50,743 nucleotides of DNA from a virus (IMGVR_UViG_3300025308_000004:1-50743), one strand, 5' to 3'; counted from the stretch's first letter, positions 27,865 to 38,515 are shown. Notes: generated by a model from the letters alone, not told the origin. Numbers and translations: made by a program.

Positions 27865-28743
27865 TTAACGGTACGCCCAGAGCGGTTTATCCTTGAGCCT
27901 TGCTTTCTCGTATTCAGAGGCATTGGCTGTTTCAAGATTTACGCTACCCGGTACGCGGCCCTTGCCGACTAACTCGGCTGGCTTCGGTGCTTGCGACACC
28001 TTTGGTATTGGTGCGGGGGATGTCAGCTTCTTTTCCAGACGTTCAATCGCCTTAATCTGCTGCACGATTGTCATGCCTGCGATTGCGGCGGATTCGTCAG
28101 TATGCGTTCCGAGGTAGTAGGCAATGTCCTCGCTGATTTCGCTGTCGCCAATAGCATCACGCATAGCGACGGTTACTTGCAGCTTCGGATTCGTCCTTAC
28201 AACTTCATCGAAATCGTCATACTTTTCGTCTCCCTTACTCAGTTTTTCAGCGATGGTCGCTTCATGGCTGGCCTGAGCCGTTTGCTGTTTGCGTTGCTGC
28301 GATTGCTCTTGCAAGCTTTGCAGTTTTGCATTCAACTTAGCTTCAACCTTCCAATCGGTTACGGCCTCGATGTAATCTTCGTAAGTCTGGAAATTCTCTG
28401 GCTTCGGCTCACCGCTTGCTTCCTGAACGGGTTGGGCGACTTGTGGTTGTGGTTGAGCTTGCTGCTTACGCAGATACTCATTTTCAACTTCAAGCCGTGC
28501 TTGTCGTTCAAGTTTGCGATGTTCTTTGGCTAATCGTTTCTGCAAAATATCGTCCAGCTCAGATTGAGTGAACGTCTTCTCTACAGGTTTCGATTCCGGC
28601 GATTTTTCGTCCGCTGTTGATGCCGTGTCATCAGCTGGAGACGCTGCGCTTTCTGGTGTTTCTGCGGGGGCAGCTTCCGCGTTTACAACTTCCTCGCTAG
28701 GAGTATGGTCAACTACAGGCGAATCATTGACTTGTTCAGTCAT
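27865..28743 (-). CDS. Capsid scaffolding protein
   Basis: Acidic/coiled-coil; KTFTQSELD, DFDEVV, IAYYLG; upstream of coat. Confidence 0.8.
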   Translation of the reverse strand: MTEQVNDSPVVDHTPSEEVVNAEAAPAETPESAASPADDTASTADEKSPESKPVEKTFTQSELDDILQKRLAKEHRKLERQARLEVENEYLRKQQAQPQPQVAQPVQEASGEPKPENFQTYEDYIEAVTDWKVEAKLNAKLQSLQEQSQQRKQQTAQASHEATIAEKLSKGDEKYDDFDEVVRTNPKLQVTVAMRDAIGDSEISEDIAYYLGTHTDESAAIAGMTIVQQIKAIERLEKKLTSPAPIPKVSQAPKPAELVGKGRVPGSVNLETANASEYEKARLKDKPLWAYR

Positions 28744-28922
28744 GGTAAAGCTCCTTCGGCCTTTCGGCACTGTGGGAATGCGACATCATCACGACGTTGC
28801 GTTCTAACCCGTACAAGCGGTACGGTGCGCGTACACTACTACTACAGAAACCCTATGTCAACAACAATGTGAATGCTTACTTACAGTGATGTTAGTGAGT
28901 GCTAGCGCACATTATAAAATAG

Positions 28923-30941
28923 CTATTTCAAGCCCTTAATTATATCAATTAAGGTATTTACATCTCCGCCATATCTGAATTCATAGTCCGCGCCTTCATA
29001 TGAAGAAGGCAAATCATGATCTGACATTCGCACCTTGTCACCATTTGGCAACGTGGCGTACTTTGATTTGCTTTGCGTGGAGCTTGCAAAATTGACATCG
29101 CCGAATTCGTCGATTAGATTCTTGGCAACTTTCTTTGCCTCGCCAGTCCATGTATTCGGGATGGATGCGTATTTCTGTTGTCCGTCCATCGCGCCAGTGC
29201 TTTTTTGCACTCGCGACATTGCCATATTCATCAGCTCTTGCGGATCATCTCCGATTGCACTAAATGGCTTCCCGCCTCCGAACATTGGGCTGTAGTCGGC
29301 TTGGAACTTTCCGCCCGGAAGCGTGCGCATCGTAAGATCGTTAGTTACGGCCACAACGGCAGGGTTTGGCCGTCTTTCGACTCCGCTAATTTCAGGGAAT
29401 GCACCGCCCAGTTCTTTAGGAGGATTGTATTTTCCAAATTTGACCGGAACACTCATAGCCGTGCCGTCGCCACCCTTGCGCACGATCAAGCTATTCAACG
29501 GAACCCCTGTGGCCTTCTCGAAATACTCCGGTTCGTATGGATACTGCGCCAGTCTTTGTTCTGGTGTTAGGTTCATGCGGGATTGAGTTAGGCGAGATTC
29601 GGCTTCTCCGGCTAGGCGTTGGTATGCTTCATGCGGGTCTGTTTTCTCGATGATATAGTTTTTTGCATATTGCAAGTCTTTATCCGGTCTATTCTCGAAG
29701 TTTTTAGCTATTGCAATATGATTTTGTGTCACCCATCGCGGGGGATTTTTCATTAACTCATCAACAGATTTACCATTATCTTTTGCCATTTTCAGTATCT
29801 GCTCTGCATGCGCCATATCATCGTATGAATGCAAACCTTCCAATGACGAAGAAGATGATTTAAACATCTCAGGACTCCCGCCCCTAGCAAACCCCTCGCG
29901 CTGCTGGATGGCGTGCTGGAGTTCGTGTAGAACGGTTGACTTAACCGAACTGTCTGCACTGGGCCATAATGCACCGGCCTTCATTTCGTCACGCGCTTTT
30001 CTGGCGTCAATCATTGCCGATCTTGTGTCTTGTACGGCAATGTCTCGCGGGATTCCTTCCGCTGTTGATTCGTCGATCAAGTCTCGCCAATAAAGCCCAT
30101 ACGGTTCTTCTTTTTTGAAAAACCTACCCGCAGTTTCTGCCTCGTTCGCAAATCGTGCATCACGATCAAGCCCAAGCTGCATATATTCACCAAGTCCTAT
30201 ATCTGATCTAGGAGCGTGGTATTCGCCCCTTGTAAACCCGATATTCTTGTTATTGACTATATCCATGCCTGGAATTGATGGGTATGCGTCATATAGCCCA
30301 TCATGGGCCATTGCATCGCCAAGTTTTGCCTGAGTGGCACTTAAATCTGCCTCATACGGACGATTCCATTTTGTCGGAACAAATCTCGCGGAATCATCCG
30401 GTATCTCAAACCTCGGCATCTTGTCCGGCGTGTCCAGCGCCCAGCCGGTTTGTGCCCAAATATCCGCATCCGGCACACCCTGCGCGGCGAGCTGCTTTGC
30501 TTCGTCCAGCTTCGCCATATCCGCCGTCTTCGCGTTTACCCCGGCGAATATCCCGCGCTCTTTGCGCATCAGGTTAGCCAGTGCATTCAGTTTCGCCCCT
30601 TGGCTTGCCTTCGATGCGATTGCCGTTCCACCTAGCGCCGCTGCAAGCGGTGCAGCGAACATCTTCGCGCCCATTGCCAGCTTGGAGGGTATGCCCGTGC
30701 CGATGAAGTCAGTTGCATTGATTGGGATGCCGCCAATTTCAGCAATGTCCAGCCCACCAGCCAGCGGCTTCTCGCCATAGGCTACATCTGGAGACATACG
30801 CCCCATGCCGACATTAATCGCCGTGTCAATATCTTCCTGACTAGGCGGATTAAGCGCGGATTCATAGGCGCGCAATCGCTCATCCGCGCTCATGCGGTGC
30901 GACATTTCCCTTGCTAGCTTTGCTCGCCTATCTTCCGCCAT
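28923..30941 (-). CDS. Polyvalent-type protein with LPD23-like domain and zincin-like metallopeptidase motif
   Basis: IWAQTGW...PRFEIPDD, VLHELQHAIQQREGFARGGSP (HExxH), YQRLAGEAESR. Confidence 0.7.
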   Translation of the reverse strand: MAEDRRAKLAREMSHRMSADERLRAYESALNPPSQEDIDTAINVGMGRMSPDVAYGEKPLAGGLDIAEIGGIPINATDFIGTGIPSKLAMGAKMFAAPLAAALGGTAIASKASQGAKLNALANLMRKERGIFAGVNAKTADMAKLDEAKQLAAQGVPDADIWAQTGWALDTPDKMPRFEIPDDSARFVPTKWNRPYEADLSATQAKLGDAMAHDGLYDAYPSIPGMDIVNNKNIGFTRGEYHAPRSDIGLGEYMQLGLDRDARFANEAETAGRFFKKEEPYGLYWRDLIDESTAEGIPRDIAVQDTRSAMIDARKARDEMKAGALWPSADSSVKSTVLHELQHAIQQREGFARGGSPEMFKSSSSSLEGLHSYDDMAHAEQILKMAKDNGKSVDELMKNPPRWVTQNHIAIAKNFENRPDKDLQYAKNYIIEKTDPHEAYQRLAGEAESRLTQSRMNLTPEQRLAQYPYEPEYFEKATGVPLNSLIVRKGGDGTAMSVPVKFGKYNPPKELGGAFPEISGVERRPNPAVVAVTNDLTMRTLPGGKFQADYSPMFGGGKPFSAIGDDPQELMNMAMSRVQKSTGAMDGQQKYASIPNTWTGEAKKVAKNLIDEFGDVNFASSTQSKSKYATLPNGDKVRMSDHDLPSSYEGADYEFRYGGDVNTLIDIIKGLK

Positions 30942-30943
30942 AA

Positions 30944-31894
30944 CTATGCAGCTTGCCGAATGTAGCTGATTACCACTGTCCCGTTCAGAACTCCATCTGC
31001 ATCAGTATTCGCGCCCCAGCCGTCGGCCATATTGACATATATGGTATGCGCGCCGCCAGTTGTGATTTCAAGTGGGACATTTGCAGTAGGCGCAGTGCCT
31101 TTCACCGTAGCAGTACCATTCGTATCAGCAGCCACTTGACCGGTGATAATGTCCTCGAATGTAGCCGTTCCACTCAAAACAGCAACTGCGCCGGAAGCAA
31201 TCACAGTTCCGAGGCCGATTTCAGGCGTATCATTTGTGATGGTAACGCCACTTAGACCGACAGACATATATGCATCGCGGATAAGGCACGCGCCAGCAGG
31301 CAACGTGAAAATCAGCGCACCTACGCCCAAATTCTCACTCACTCCAACAGTTAGCGGTAAATTGGTAATCGTCAGCACGGCGGTTACATTAACGCCGTCT
31401 CCGTAATGTACTGCCGTTACTCCGGCCTCTGCCGTCCCGTTCGATATCGTACTTTTGACGATGGTAAACGTGCCAGAATTAGGAGTTGTTGCGCCAATAG
31501 CGCCAGGTGCTGCAAAAGTCGCTCCACCAATAGCCGAAGCGTTCAGGTTTGTGACTTGTGTAGTTGAAGCAATTACCATAGGAGGCGTGCCAGTTGTTAC
31601 CGTGGACGTGATTTGTCCAGAAGCACCCAGTGTAGTAACACTTGCAGCCGCTGGCGTAGTTGCGCCCAATGTGCCGTTAAACGCATTTGCTCCGGTCATT
31701 GTCTTTGCCCCGGTGATGGTTTGCGTTGTGTTGGTAGTTACTTGGTTTGCATCGCTACCCAACAGACTTTCAGTACCTGCATCGTCTTTGTAGTAAAGCT
31801 GTTTGTCCGATTTCGCATACAGCGCCACGTTGCCGCCTTGCGGGGTTGGTTGTGCGGCTACTTCAGGAATCAAAAACGTAGAATCATGTGCCAT
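30944..31894 (-). CDS. Putative virion structural protein
   Basis: Thr/Gly/Ala-rich fibre-like sequence next to portal; AAGGAG RBS. Confidence 0.6.
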   Translation of the reverse strand: MAHDSTFLIPEVAAQPTPQGGNVALYAKSDKQLYYKDDAGTESLLGSDANQVTTNTTQTITGAKTMTGANAFNGTLGATTPAAASVTTLGASGQITSTVTTGTPPMVIASTTQVTNLNASAIGGATFAAPGAIGATTPNSGTFTIVKSTISNGTAEAGVTAVHYGDGVNVTAVLTITNLPLTVGVSENLGVGALIFTLPAGACLIRDAYMSVGLSGVTITNDTPEIGLGTVIASGAVAVLSGTATFEDIITGQVAADTNGTATVKGTAPTANVPLEITTGGAHTIYVNMADGWGANTDADGVLNGTVVISYIRQAA

Positions 31895-31906
31895 TTTGTT
31901 TCTCCT

Positions 31907-34267
31907 TTATTCTTCAGTTGAGTTGCTTGCTTCGCCTTCGCCAATCATGGTATTGGCCTCGATCATCATTCCATGCGCGTGTTCCATCATCGCCGGAGCT
32001 GTGCGGATATGCTCTTGCTGCACCTCTGAGCGGCTTTGCATCTCTGCTATTGCCATCTTTGTCTCCGCGTCAAGCCTAGCTTTCCATCGCTCTGTTTCAG
32101 CCTGCAATTCTGCCTTGTATTGCTCAAAAGCTAGTTTCTGCGTTTCGTCATGTTCTTCACTTGCTACCGACTCTTGCATGCTTTGCTGCGCCATAGCGAC
32201 TCTGGCTTCGTACTCCATTTTCGCTCGTTCAGTCTCTGCCTTGAATCTGTCAATCTGGAGTTTCGCTTGGTCAATCTGCAATCTAGCCTGCGCTACTTGA
32301 GCTTCTGCCTGTGCCTTTTGCGCTTCCAATGCTGCGCGCTGTTGCTCTGTCTGGCTCTTCTGCAATTCACCCTGCATTTGCTGGATAACCTGATCCTGTT
32401 GCTGGATGTGCTGCTGCGCTTGTTGGATTGCCTGCTGAACTTGCGGCGGAATCTGCGGCTGTCCTTTTTCGTCTTTCATTCCGGGTGGTAGCGATTTCTC
32501 AAAACGCTTTGCAAACTGATCTGCAAGCGGGAAGTCCAGCGAGCGGAATACCAAGTCGCCGGCCAGTTGCATAACTTGCGGATTACGTGCAGCGATCTCG
32601 GTCACGTTTGCAGCTGTTTCCTGCCGCTGCGTCATGTAGCTAGGGCCGGTGTCGATAGTTACGTCATAGCGCCCGATAGTCGGGTTGAATATGCGTGTTA
32701 CATCCTCTTCAGTCAGCCCGTCTACTTCCTGATGGGCCACTTGTGCAGATGGGTCTAGCACCGCGCTGCTTTCCTTCCCGTCAATCCCTAATACTCGCAT
32801 CACCCGCTTGGTATCCATCACCCTTCCGCCGGTTATCAGGTCAACCAGAATCTGAGCCTCATACTTCAAAGCACGGGCGAAATTATCCGGGAAGTGGAAC
32901 GTAGCGACCTCAGATTGCGATTTAAGCCGCTGAATACCGATTCCGCTGGAAGCCTCGGACTTGATCCCCATTGATGCGTTATGCTGGCCTGACGCACCGC
33001 GCATTTGCTCGGTAGCAACTTGCAGCATCTGGATTTGAGCGGTCGCAAGCTGCGTGCCTTGCTGGCGTTGCGGTTGCGGTATCTGGTTTCCAGCTTCATC
33101 AACGTGGTTATAAGGAAGATACGAACGGTTCTCGATATTGGCAGAGTCCCATATATCCTCATGGCCTTCAATCGCCGCTGCCGGGGCCATGTACGGGATT
33201 TTGTTCTGCAATGCGATAGATTCAATCGCGGCGGAAAATGTGTAGTTCACCATCCGCGCAGAGTCTTTAATTGGGCGAACTAACCCGAATCTAACCAACT
33301 CGCCGTCTACTATTAGCTCTTTCCCTACCACCGTCACGATAGGCAGCATAGAACCCGGCCAATCGGTCACATCTACCGGCTCAGACTCCCCGCCGATCAG
33401 CTTGCAAATTTTCCACTCTCTGCGCTTGGTCGGGCGAGTTTCAAGTAACTTTGCGGCAACCATTTCATCCAGTTGCGCCAATATCTCCGGCGGGATTTTG
33501 CTCTTAAGTTCCGCGTCCCCTGTAGGTAGCTGATATAGGATGTCATCTACATATTCGCAATAGTAATAGTCGGCGATTCTCACCGATTCCTTTTTAACCC
33601 ATCCATGCGGGTCTTCGTCCCATGATGCAATGTCCACATCTGGATATTTTCGCTCCACGAATTCCCGCGATACATCCTCAAACACAAAACACCAATCCGC
33701 ATCAGAACGGTCGATATTCTTTGTGAATGGGTCAATGTAGACCATTGCCGGGTCGGGTATCTGGGTGATCTTGATGATCTGGTTGAAACTCTTGTCTGAT
33801 TCGTAGCAGGTACTAACCGCCCAATAACCCTCACCACCGACGATAGCATGCTCTGCGGCCAAATCATGCGCGTCGTCGGCGCTGCTGTAGTTATGGATAT
33901 TGCGAATCAGACCTTCCAGAATCTCGGCGGTCTTTTTGTCCGAATGATCGTCAACAGGGCGCACTTTTGCGGCGGGTCGGTTTTGCCTAATTGAGTTGAT
34001 TACCTGGTTGCAATGTTGTGCCACCAAATTTATCGTGAGGCACGGCTTGCGGTCTATCTCGGCGCGATTACGCCTGATACCCTCATCCCATTGCCAGCCG
34101 TTTTCCGAGTCTCCGAGGTAAAACTTCGTATCCTCTTGAGCGGATGCGCGCAGTTTCGAATATGCGTCCTTCGCGAGTTCGTACCGCTTTTTCGCCTCGG
34201 TCACGATGTCCGTGCGGTCTTCGGCTTTCGACTCTTTAGGCTCTTCTGCCTCGTTCTCATAATCCAT
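31907..34267 (-). CDS. Portal protein (P22-like, long Gln-rich C-terminal barrel)
   Basis: PCLTIN, RQNRP, GLVRPIKDSARMVNY, GRYDVTIDTGPSYMTQRQE motifs. Confidence 0.92.
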   Translation of the reverse strand: MDYENEAEEPKESKAEDRTDIVTEAKKRYELAKDAYSKLRASAQEDTKFYLGDSENGWQWDEGIRRNRAEIDRKPCLTINLVAQHCNQVINSIRQNRPAAKVRPVDDHSDKKTAEILEGLIRNIHNYSSADDAHDLAAEHAIVGGEGYWAVSTCYESDKSFNQIIKITQIPDPAMVYIDPFTKNIDRSDADWCFVFEDVSREFVERKYPDVDIASWDEDPHGWVKKESVRIADYYYCEYVDDILYQLPTGDAELKSKIPPEILAQLDEMVAAKLLETRPTKRREWKICKLIGGESEPVDVTDWPGSMLPIVTVVGKELIVDGELVRFGLVRPIKDSARMVNYTFSAAIESIALQNKIPYMAPAAAIEGHEDIWDSANIENRSYLPYNHVDEAGNQIPQPQRQQGTQLATAQIQMLQVATEQMRGASGQHNASMGIKSEASSGIGIQRLKSQSEVATFHFPDNFARALKYEAQILVDLITGGRVMDTKRVMRVLGIDGKESSAVLDPSAQVAHQEVDGLTEEDVTRIFNPTIGRYDVTIDTGPSYMTQRQETAANVTEIAARNPQVMQLAGDLVFRSLDFPLADQFAKRFEKSLPPGMKDEKGQPQIPPQVQQAIQQAQQHIQQQDQVIQQMQGELQKSQTEQQRAALEAQKAQAEAQVAQARLQIDQAKLQIDRFKAETERAKMEYEARVAMAQQSMQESVASEEHDETQKLAFEQYKAELQAETERWKARLDAETKMAIAEMQSRSEVQQEHIRTAPAMMEHAHGMMIEANTMIGEGEASNSTEE

Positions 34268-34459
34268 AATCACCTCTTGCCATCATCTCGACGGGGGGAA
34301 TGTTCGGCTATCGTGGTTATTTACTTCGCTGCCGATTGCGAAGATGTGGAGGACAGCAAAGCGCAAACAGTTTTTACGAATCGAAACGCTTTGCTGATTA
34401 TCTTCGCCGGCTTGACCACGCGCAACCACCGAACCAGATAATTATGAGTTACATTCGAT

Positions 34460-34780
34460 TCAACCTTGCGGAGTTACTTTTCTAGCCATAATCATTTTAG
34501 GCTCTTGCTGGATAAGCTCGAATCCAAACTTCTGATACCACGCCGCGAGCTTTTCATCATCCGGCAACAATATCATAACTTTACCACACTTGTCGGCCTC
34601 TTCGCATACCTGTTTCAGCAGCTTGGTTGCCATGCCTTTGCCGCGCATTCCTGGCTCAGTGTGCAAGCTGTGAACCTCGCGGATCGTGACGCGCATTTCT
34701 ACGGGCAATGCTGTTGTGTAGCCAACTTTGCAGGTTGCGCCTTCGTGGGTGCGCTTTCCTAGCATATTTAGATTGGTCAC
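34460..34780 (-). CDS. GNAT-family acetyltransferase
   Basis: MRGKGMATKLL acetyl-CoA motif and WYQKFGF. Confidence 0.8.
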   Translation of the reverse strand: MTNLNMLGKRTHEGATCKVGYTTALPVEMRVTIREVHSLHTEPGMRGKGMATKLLKQVCEEADKCGKVMILLPDDEKLAAWYQKFGFELIQQEPKMIMARKVTPQG

Positions 34781-35043
34781 TTCGCCCTCTTCGTGTACTT
34801 GCGCTTAGTCGCCGGCTTTGCTGGCTTCGTCGCCGCTGGCGGCACAATATCCGGCTGGTGCTCTGGATTTAACTCATCAAACGAAACATTTGCACCGCTT
34901 CGGTGATATTCAGCCAGCATAATCCCGCTTGTCTCGCTGGACTCTTGCGCGATTGGCTGCTGCTCTTCAATCTCCGAACCATACCCGCACATCATCGCCC
35001 CGATGCCGAACTGCTCTGGCCCTACTCCGAATCGTCCGCTCAT
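34777..35043 (-). CDS. Hypothetical protein with basic C-terminal tail
   Basis: Coupled start/stop; KRKYTKRAK. Confidence 0.55.
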   Translation of the reverse strand: MSGRFGVGPEQFGIGAMMCGYGSEIEEQQPIAQESSETSGIMLAEYHRSGANVSFDELNPEHQPDIVPPAATKPAKPATKRKYTKRAK

Positions 35044-35399
35044 TTTGCATCCCTTTTAATTCTAGTCAACTTGAAAGAACATCCCGCAAAAAATGATTGT
35101 CCCCACTCGTCAAACCAGAAACAATTAGAGATGTCGCCCTCTCTCGGGTCTCCATTCATGTACCTTTTAATTCCTAGCCACGACCTCATTGTAATGAATT
35201 TACTAACTCCATTTACCGTCGCCTCGGCTCTAAATTCGCCTTCTTTAATTATTTCAAACTCATACCCTGTAAGTCTTTCGTCTCCTGATGCAAAAACGGC
35301 GCACCTTACCTGTCCGATTTTCAGCTTTAATTTGCCAGTTTTGTGAACCGCACTCTTGCGGAACTTTATGTATTCATCCATCGTCGCTAATTCATCCAT
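35040..35399 (-). CDS. Hypothetical protein
   Basis: AT-richer ORF downstream of terL; start uncertain. Confidence 0.55.
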   Translation of the reverse strand: MDELATMDEYIKFRKSAVHKTGKLKLKIGQVRCAVFASGDERLTGYEFEIIKEGEFRAEATVNGVSKFITMRSWLGIKRYMNGDPREGDISNCFWFDEWGQSFFAGCSFKLTRIKRDAK

Positions 35400-37009
35400 C
35401 CCAGCCCCCCAGAGTTTCCACCTGTTAATATGCGCTTCGTCTTGGCTTCTGTTTTGGCCTTCACCAGCGGCCCAGAATCTGCGTATGCAATCATAACCGA
35501 ATCGGCTAGGTTTGGGGATTTAGTGTTGTCCGGCGCTTTGTCGATGATAATTTTGCCCGCCGTATTGATCGAGTATGTCGGCTGCGACAGTTCGGCAGTT
35601 AGTTTGTTCAGACTCTCAAGTTTGCTTGAAATTGAAATGATGTTGTCCGGGTCTTCCGGCATCACGCCTTCGACCACCGCTCGATAGGTATTCTGGAACC
35701 TGATACGCAACGCCCACCATGCCTGTGCCTTGGCATTGGCAAAGAAATCTTTATTTTTGCGCCCCTTGACCATCATGGCATCGGGCTTCAATACCGCACC
35801 AGAGCCACGGAATGCCGATACCTCTAGCTGCGCTTGCTTGTTCTCGTCCCTGCGCGCATTGATTATCCTGGCATCGCCCCTCACTCCGGCCCCTAAACCG
35901 TCAGCATCGTAGGAAAATGCTAAATACCCGCCATCGTCGCACAGCATAAAAGCCTTCTCGACTGTTCCGAATATGTCCGACCCTACGCCCTTCCAGCTTT
36001 CTACGGTCTCAAGCAATACGCCATGACGACCAGCAAAGGCATTCGCATCCTTGCCCTCATCAGCTACGTCTAACGCGCCTTTACGCACCCCTGACGGGAC
36101 TATATCCAGCTTTTCGTCGGCATCAATGGCAGCCTGCACCCACTCGGACGGAATCAGCACGCCCTCAACCGATGCGGAGTAGTCGATATCGATCTCTTGG
36201 GCCAGTGTTATCGGGTCTAGCTCGTTCTTTTTCTTCTGATACCACGCCCCATCCTTGCGAGGATCATCGCGCCAGTGCATCGTGAAGACGGATATTTTCC
36301 CGCCGAACCGCTTGATAGCGAACGGGTTAGCCATGCCGTTTGCGCTGGATATGTCGATACGGCAGTTGGTTGTAGCTGACAGGGAAGCGTCCACAAGCTG
36401 CGGCCTCTCGATATGCGCGGCTTCGTCAACGAAGTAAAAGCTGGTGCGGTCGCCGCGACCAATGTTGTCGCCAGCCTCGCCGGTCATCGCCGATCCAGTT
36501 CCGTTAAACGAAATCCTCATGTGCGCGTCCGACCATGATCCGGTAAACTCGTTCGGCAATAATCGCAGAAACTCGCGAGCCTTCCAGAATAGGCTTTTCG
36601 GGTCTCCGATCTTGTCCACGTAGTCTTCCTTGCGCGAACCAAACCCGGCGACGATGCCATCATTGAACATGCACACCGTTGCGGCAGTACACACAGCAAG
36701 CCACGACAATCCCATGTCGCGGGATTTATCCGTTAGCCCAGGCTCCCGATTCTTCCACCTGGCAACGAACCAATCCACCCACTCAACTTGCTTATCGAAC
36801 AAGATAAACGGGATTACCGAAGGCTGTCCGATCTCAGGGCCGCGTGGGTCAACGGTGCAAGCCCAATCCGTGAGAAACTGGGCGATGTTGTCTCGGTAGT
36901 ACAGTTTCAGGGCAGGGACTAACTGCGGGTTAGCACGCATGCGCTTTAACCGTTCGGAGCGATCAACGTAAACGGCGGTGTAGTCTGGATTGCGATAGTC
37001 TAGGGACAT
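35387..37009 (-). CDS. terL: Terminase large subunit
   Basis: KSRDMGLSW (Walker A variant), FYFVDEAAH (Walker B), LDVADEGKD and SPNLAD (nuclease). Confidence 0.92.
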   Translation of the reverse strand: MSLDYRNPDYTAVYVDRSERLKRMRANPQLVPALKLYYRDNIAQFLTDWACTVDPRGPEIGQPSVIPFILFDKQVEWVDWFVARWKNREPGLTDKSRDMGLSWLAVCTAATVCMFNDGIVAGFGSRKEDYVDKIGDPKSLFWKAREFLRLLPNEFTGSWSDAHMRISFNGTGSAMTGEAGDNIGRGDRTSFYFVDEAAHIERPQLVDASLSATTNCRIDISSANGMANPFAIKRFGGKISVFTMHWRDDPRKDGAWYQKKKNELDPITLAQEIDIDYSASVEGVLIPSEWVQAAIDADEKLDIVPSGVRKGALDVADEGKDANAFAGRHGVLLETVESWKGVGSDIFGTVEKAFMLCDDGGYLAFSYDADGLGAGVRGDARIINARRDENKQAQLEVSAFRGSGAVLKPDAMMVKGRKNKDFFANAKAQAWWALRIRFQNTYRAVVEGVMPEDPDNIISISSKLESLNKLTAELSQPTYSINTAGKIIIDKAPDNTKSPNLADSVMIAYADSGPLVKAKTEAKTKRILTGGNSGGLGWMN

Positions 37010-37187
37010 CTAATAATGGCGTCCAAAATTTTAGGTATTTTATAGGCGTTCCGGTAACAGATTCACAAAACTCATTGTAAAAACCACTCCAAAAAATTAC
37101 TACCTGACCTTTAAGGCGCTGTTTCTGAGCATATCCAATAAATACCGAACCATCGCGCGGCGCTGACCTTATTGGACGCCACATCAT
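36963..37187 (-). CDS. Small protein (DUF551-like)
   Basis: WRPIRSAPRDGS...FWTPL motif. Confidence 0.55.
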   Translation of the reverse strand: MMWRPIRSAPRDGSVFIGYAQKQRLKGQVVIFWSGFYNEFCESVTGTPIKYLKFWTPLLDVPRLSQSRLHRRLR

Positions 37188-37660
37188 TTCCCCCTCATCA
37201 GGTCGGCATAAGCCCTTGCTGCGTCCTGCTGGGTCATCGCGGCGGTGATCTCTTGCTGGACTGGCGGCAAGTCATCAGCACCGCCGATAGCCAGCTTATC
37301 GCCGTACTTGCGCGGAGACATGCGCGCCAGCATCCACTTGATATTATCCGCCTTGAGCCTCAACCCAGCGACTTCAACAGCTGTTTCAGCCATAACAGCT
37401 TGATCGCTTACCGTTCCAAGCGACTCAAAATAGGCATCCGATCTTTCATCCCTCGCGCGCGCGTACTTTACGGCACGGTCTTTGTCAGCATTTATCCAGT
37501 CCGTAACCGTCATGTTCTTCATGCCATTTTCAAGGCACCAAGCATGCAGACTCTTGCCTTGTGCAATCTCATCGCAAATAGCGTCTATGCCGATTTCGGT
37601 TAGGCGCTGTGATGGCGTTAAAGGCTTTGCTGCTTTAGTGATTTTGCTAGGCCGTCCCAT
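37184..37660 (-). CDS. terS: Terminase small subunit (Sf6-like)
   Basis: MGRPSK, ICDEIAQGKSL, YARAR, DNIKWMLARMSPRKYGD. Confidence 0.88.
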   Translation of the reverse strand: MGRPSKITKAAKPLTPSQRLTEIGIDAICDEIAQGKSLHAWCLENGMKNMTVTDWINADKDRAVKYARARDERSDAYFESLGTVSDQAVMAETAVEVAGLRLKADNIKWMLARMSPRKYGDKLAIGGADDLPPVQQEITAAMTQQDAARAYADLMRGK

Positions 37661-37711
37661 TTGCCTTCACTTCCCTGATGTAGATATTATCGATTCCGTC
37701 GTAGTTGGACA

Positions 37712-37894
37712 TTATTGTCTGAACCTCTTGCGCTGCTCCCAGTCATCCAGGCATTCAGGCTGGCAGAAAACCCCGTGTGTCTCTTCCCCACAATTCCAAC
37801 AGTATCCGGTTGCCTTTAGCTCTGGCTTTCGGTGCTTTAGCGCGATTTCGCGGTCTTTCTCTTCGCGCTCTGTAGCTTGGTCGTCTAAAGACAA
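37712..37894 (-). CDS. TraR/DksA-like C4 zinc-finger protein
   Basis: DDQATERE N-terminal helix plus CWNC and C...C. Confidence 0.7.
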   Translation of the reverse strand: MSLDDQATEREEKDREIALKHRKPELKATGYCWNCGEETHGVFCQPECLDDWEQRKRFRQ

Positions 37895-37902
37895 AATATC
37901 AC

Positions 37903-38148
37903 CTATTCAGTTGTTTTCTCTATTGTATAGAGGTTTTGCGGTGCGCAGGCGATGATAGTCCGTATCCCCACCCATGTGCAATAGCTTGGGCGGGTATCCC
38001 CAGACTCCCACCGTTGCCAACTGCGCAGGTTTGTTTTGCATAGCTTGGCACAAGCATCCTGCGTGAGTCCTGCCGCCACGCGCAGAGCGATGATTTTCTC
38101 TGGCGTTGCTGCGGTTTTGGCGGATCGGTTTGGGTGGTTGTTGCTCAT
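37903..38148 (-). CDS. XRE-family HTH regulator (Aca-like)
   Basis: LRVAAGLTQDACAKL...RSWQRWESG; last gene of a small operon with a palindromic operator. Confidence 0.8.
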   Translation of the reverse strand: MSNNHPNRSAKTAATPEKIIALRVAAGLTQDACAKLCKTNLRSWQRWESGDTRPSYCTWVGIRTIIACAPQNLYTIEKTTE

Positions 38149-38357
38149 TTGATACCCATCTGTTCGCGATATGCCGCCTCTGAGGCGTACTGTTTCGCCA
38201 CCAGAGCATCCAGGTCAATTCCGTGACGATCCGCCATTTCGTGCGCAACCTCGCATGCTAGATCATGTTCGGATGGCGTTATTTCGTGGTCGCTAGGCTC
38301 GTCCGTGCGATAGTCGGTATATCCTGCGATATGTGAGGCTGTTTTCATATTCAGCAT
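38145..38357 (-). CDS. Small acidic hypothetical protein
   Basis: GGAG RBS; coupled to the HTH gene. Confidence 0.65.
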   Translation of the reverse strand: MLNMKTASHIAGYTDYRTDEPSDHEITPSEHDLACEVAHEMADRHGIDLDALVAKQYASEAAYREQMGIK

Positions 38358-38515
38358 GATGCGTCTCCAATCATGAACATTTCAGCAGTTTCAGCATCGA
38401 AACCGGAAGCAACAGCCAAACGAATAAATTCCTCATCAATTTGGTCGCACGATTTAGCCAGAATAAATGATTTCGGGATTGAATCCAAAATTGCATTGAG
38501 TTTTGCGTTTTTCAT
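38351..38515 (-). CDS. Small hypothetical protein (54 aa), not in the ORF track
   Basis: AGGAG RBS; MKNAKLNAILDSIPKSFILAKSC...; first gene after the promoter. Confidence 0.6.
   Translation of the reverse strand: MKNAKLNAILDSIPKSFILAKSCDQIDEEFIRLAVASGFDAETAEMFMIGDASC

Noticed and set aside
28801-28826. TTCTAAC followed by a hairpin, resembling an attC start
   Set aside because: No L boxes or matching GTT core; more likely a leader hairpin of the scaffold gene
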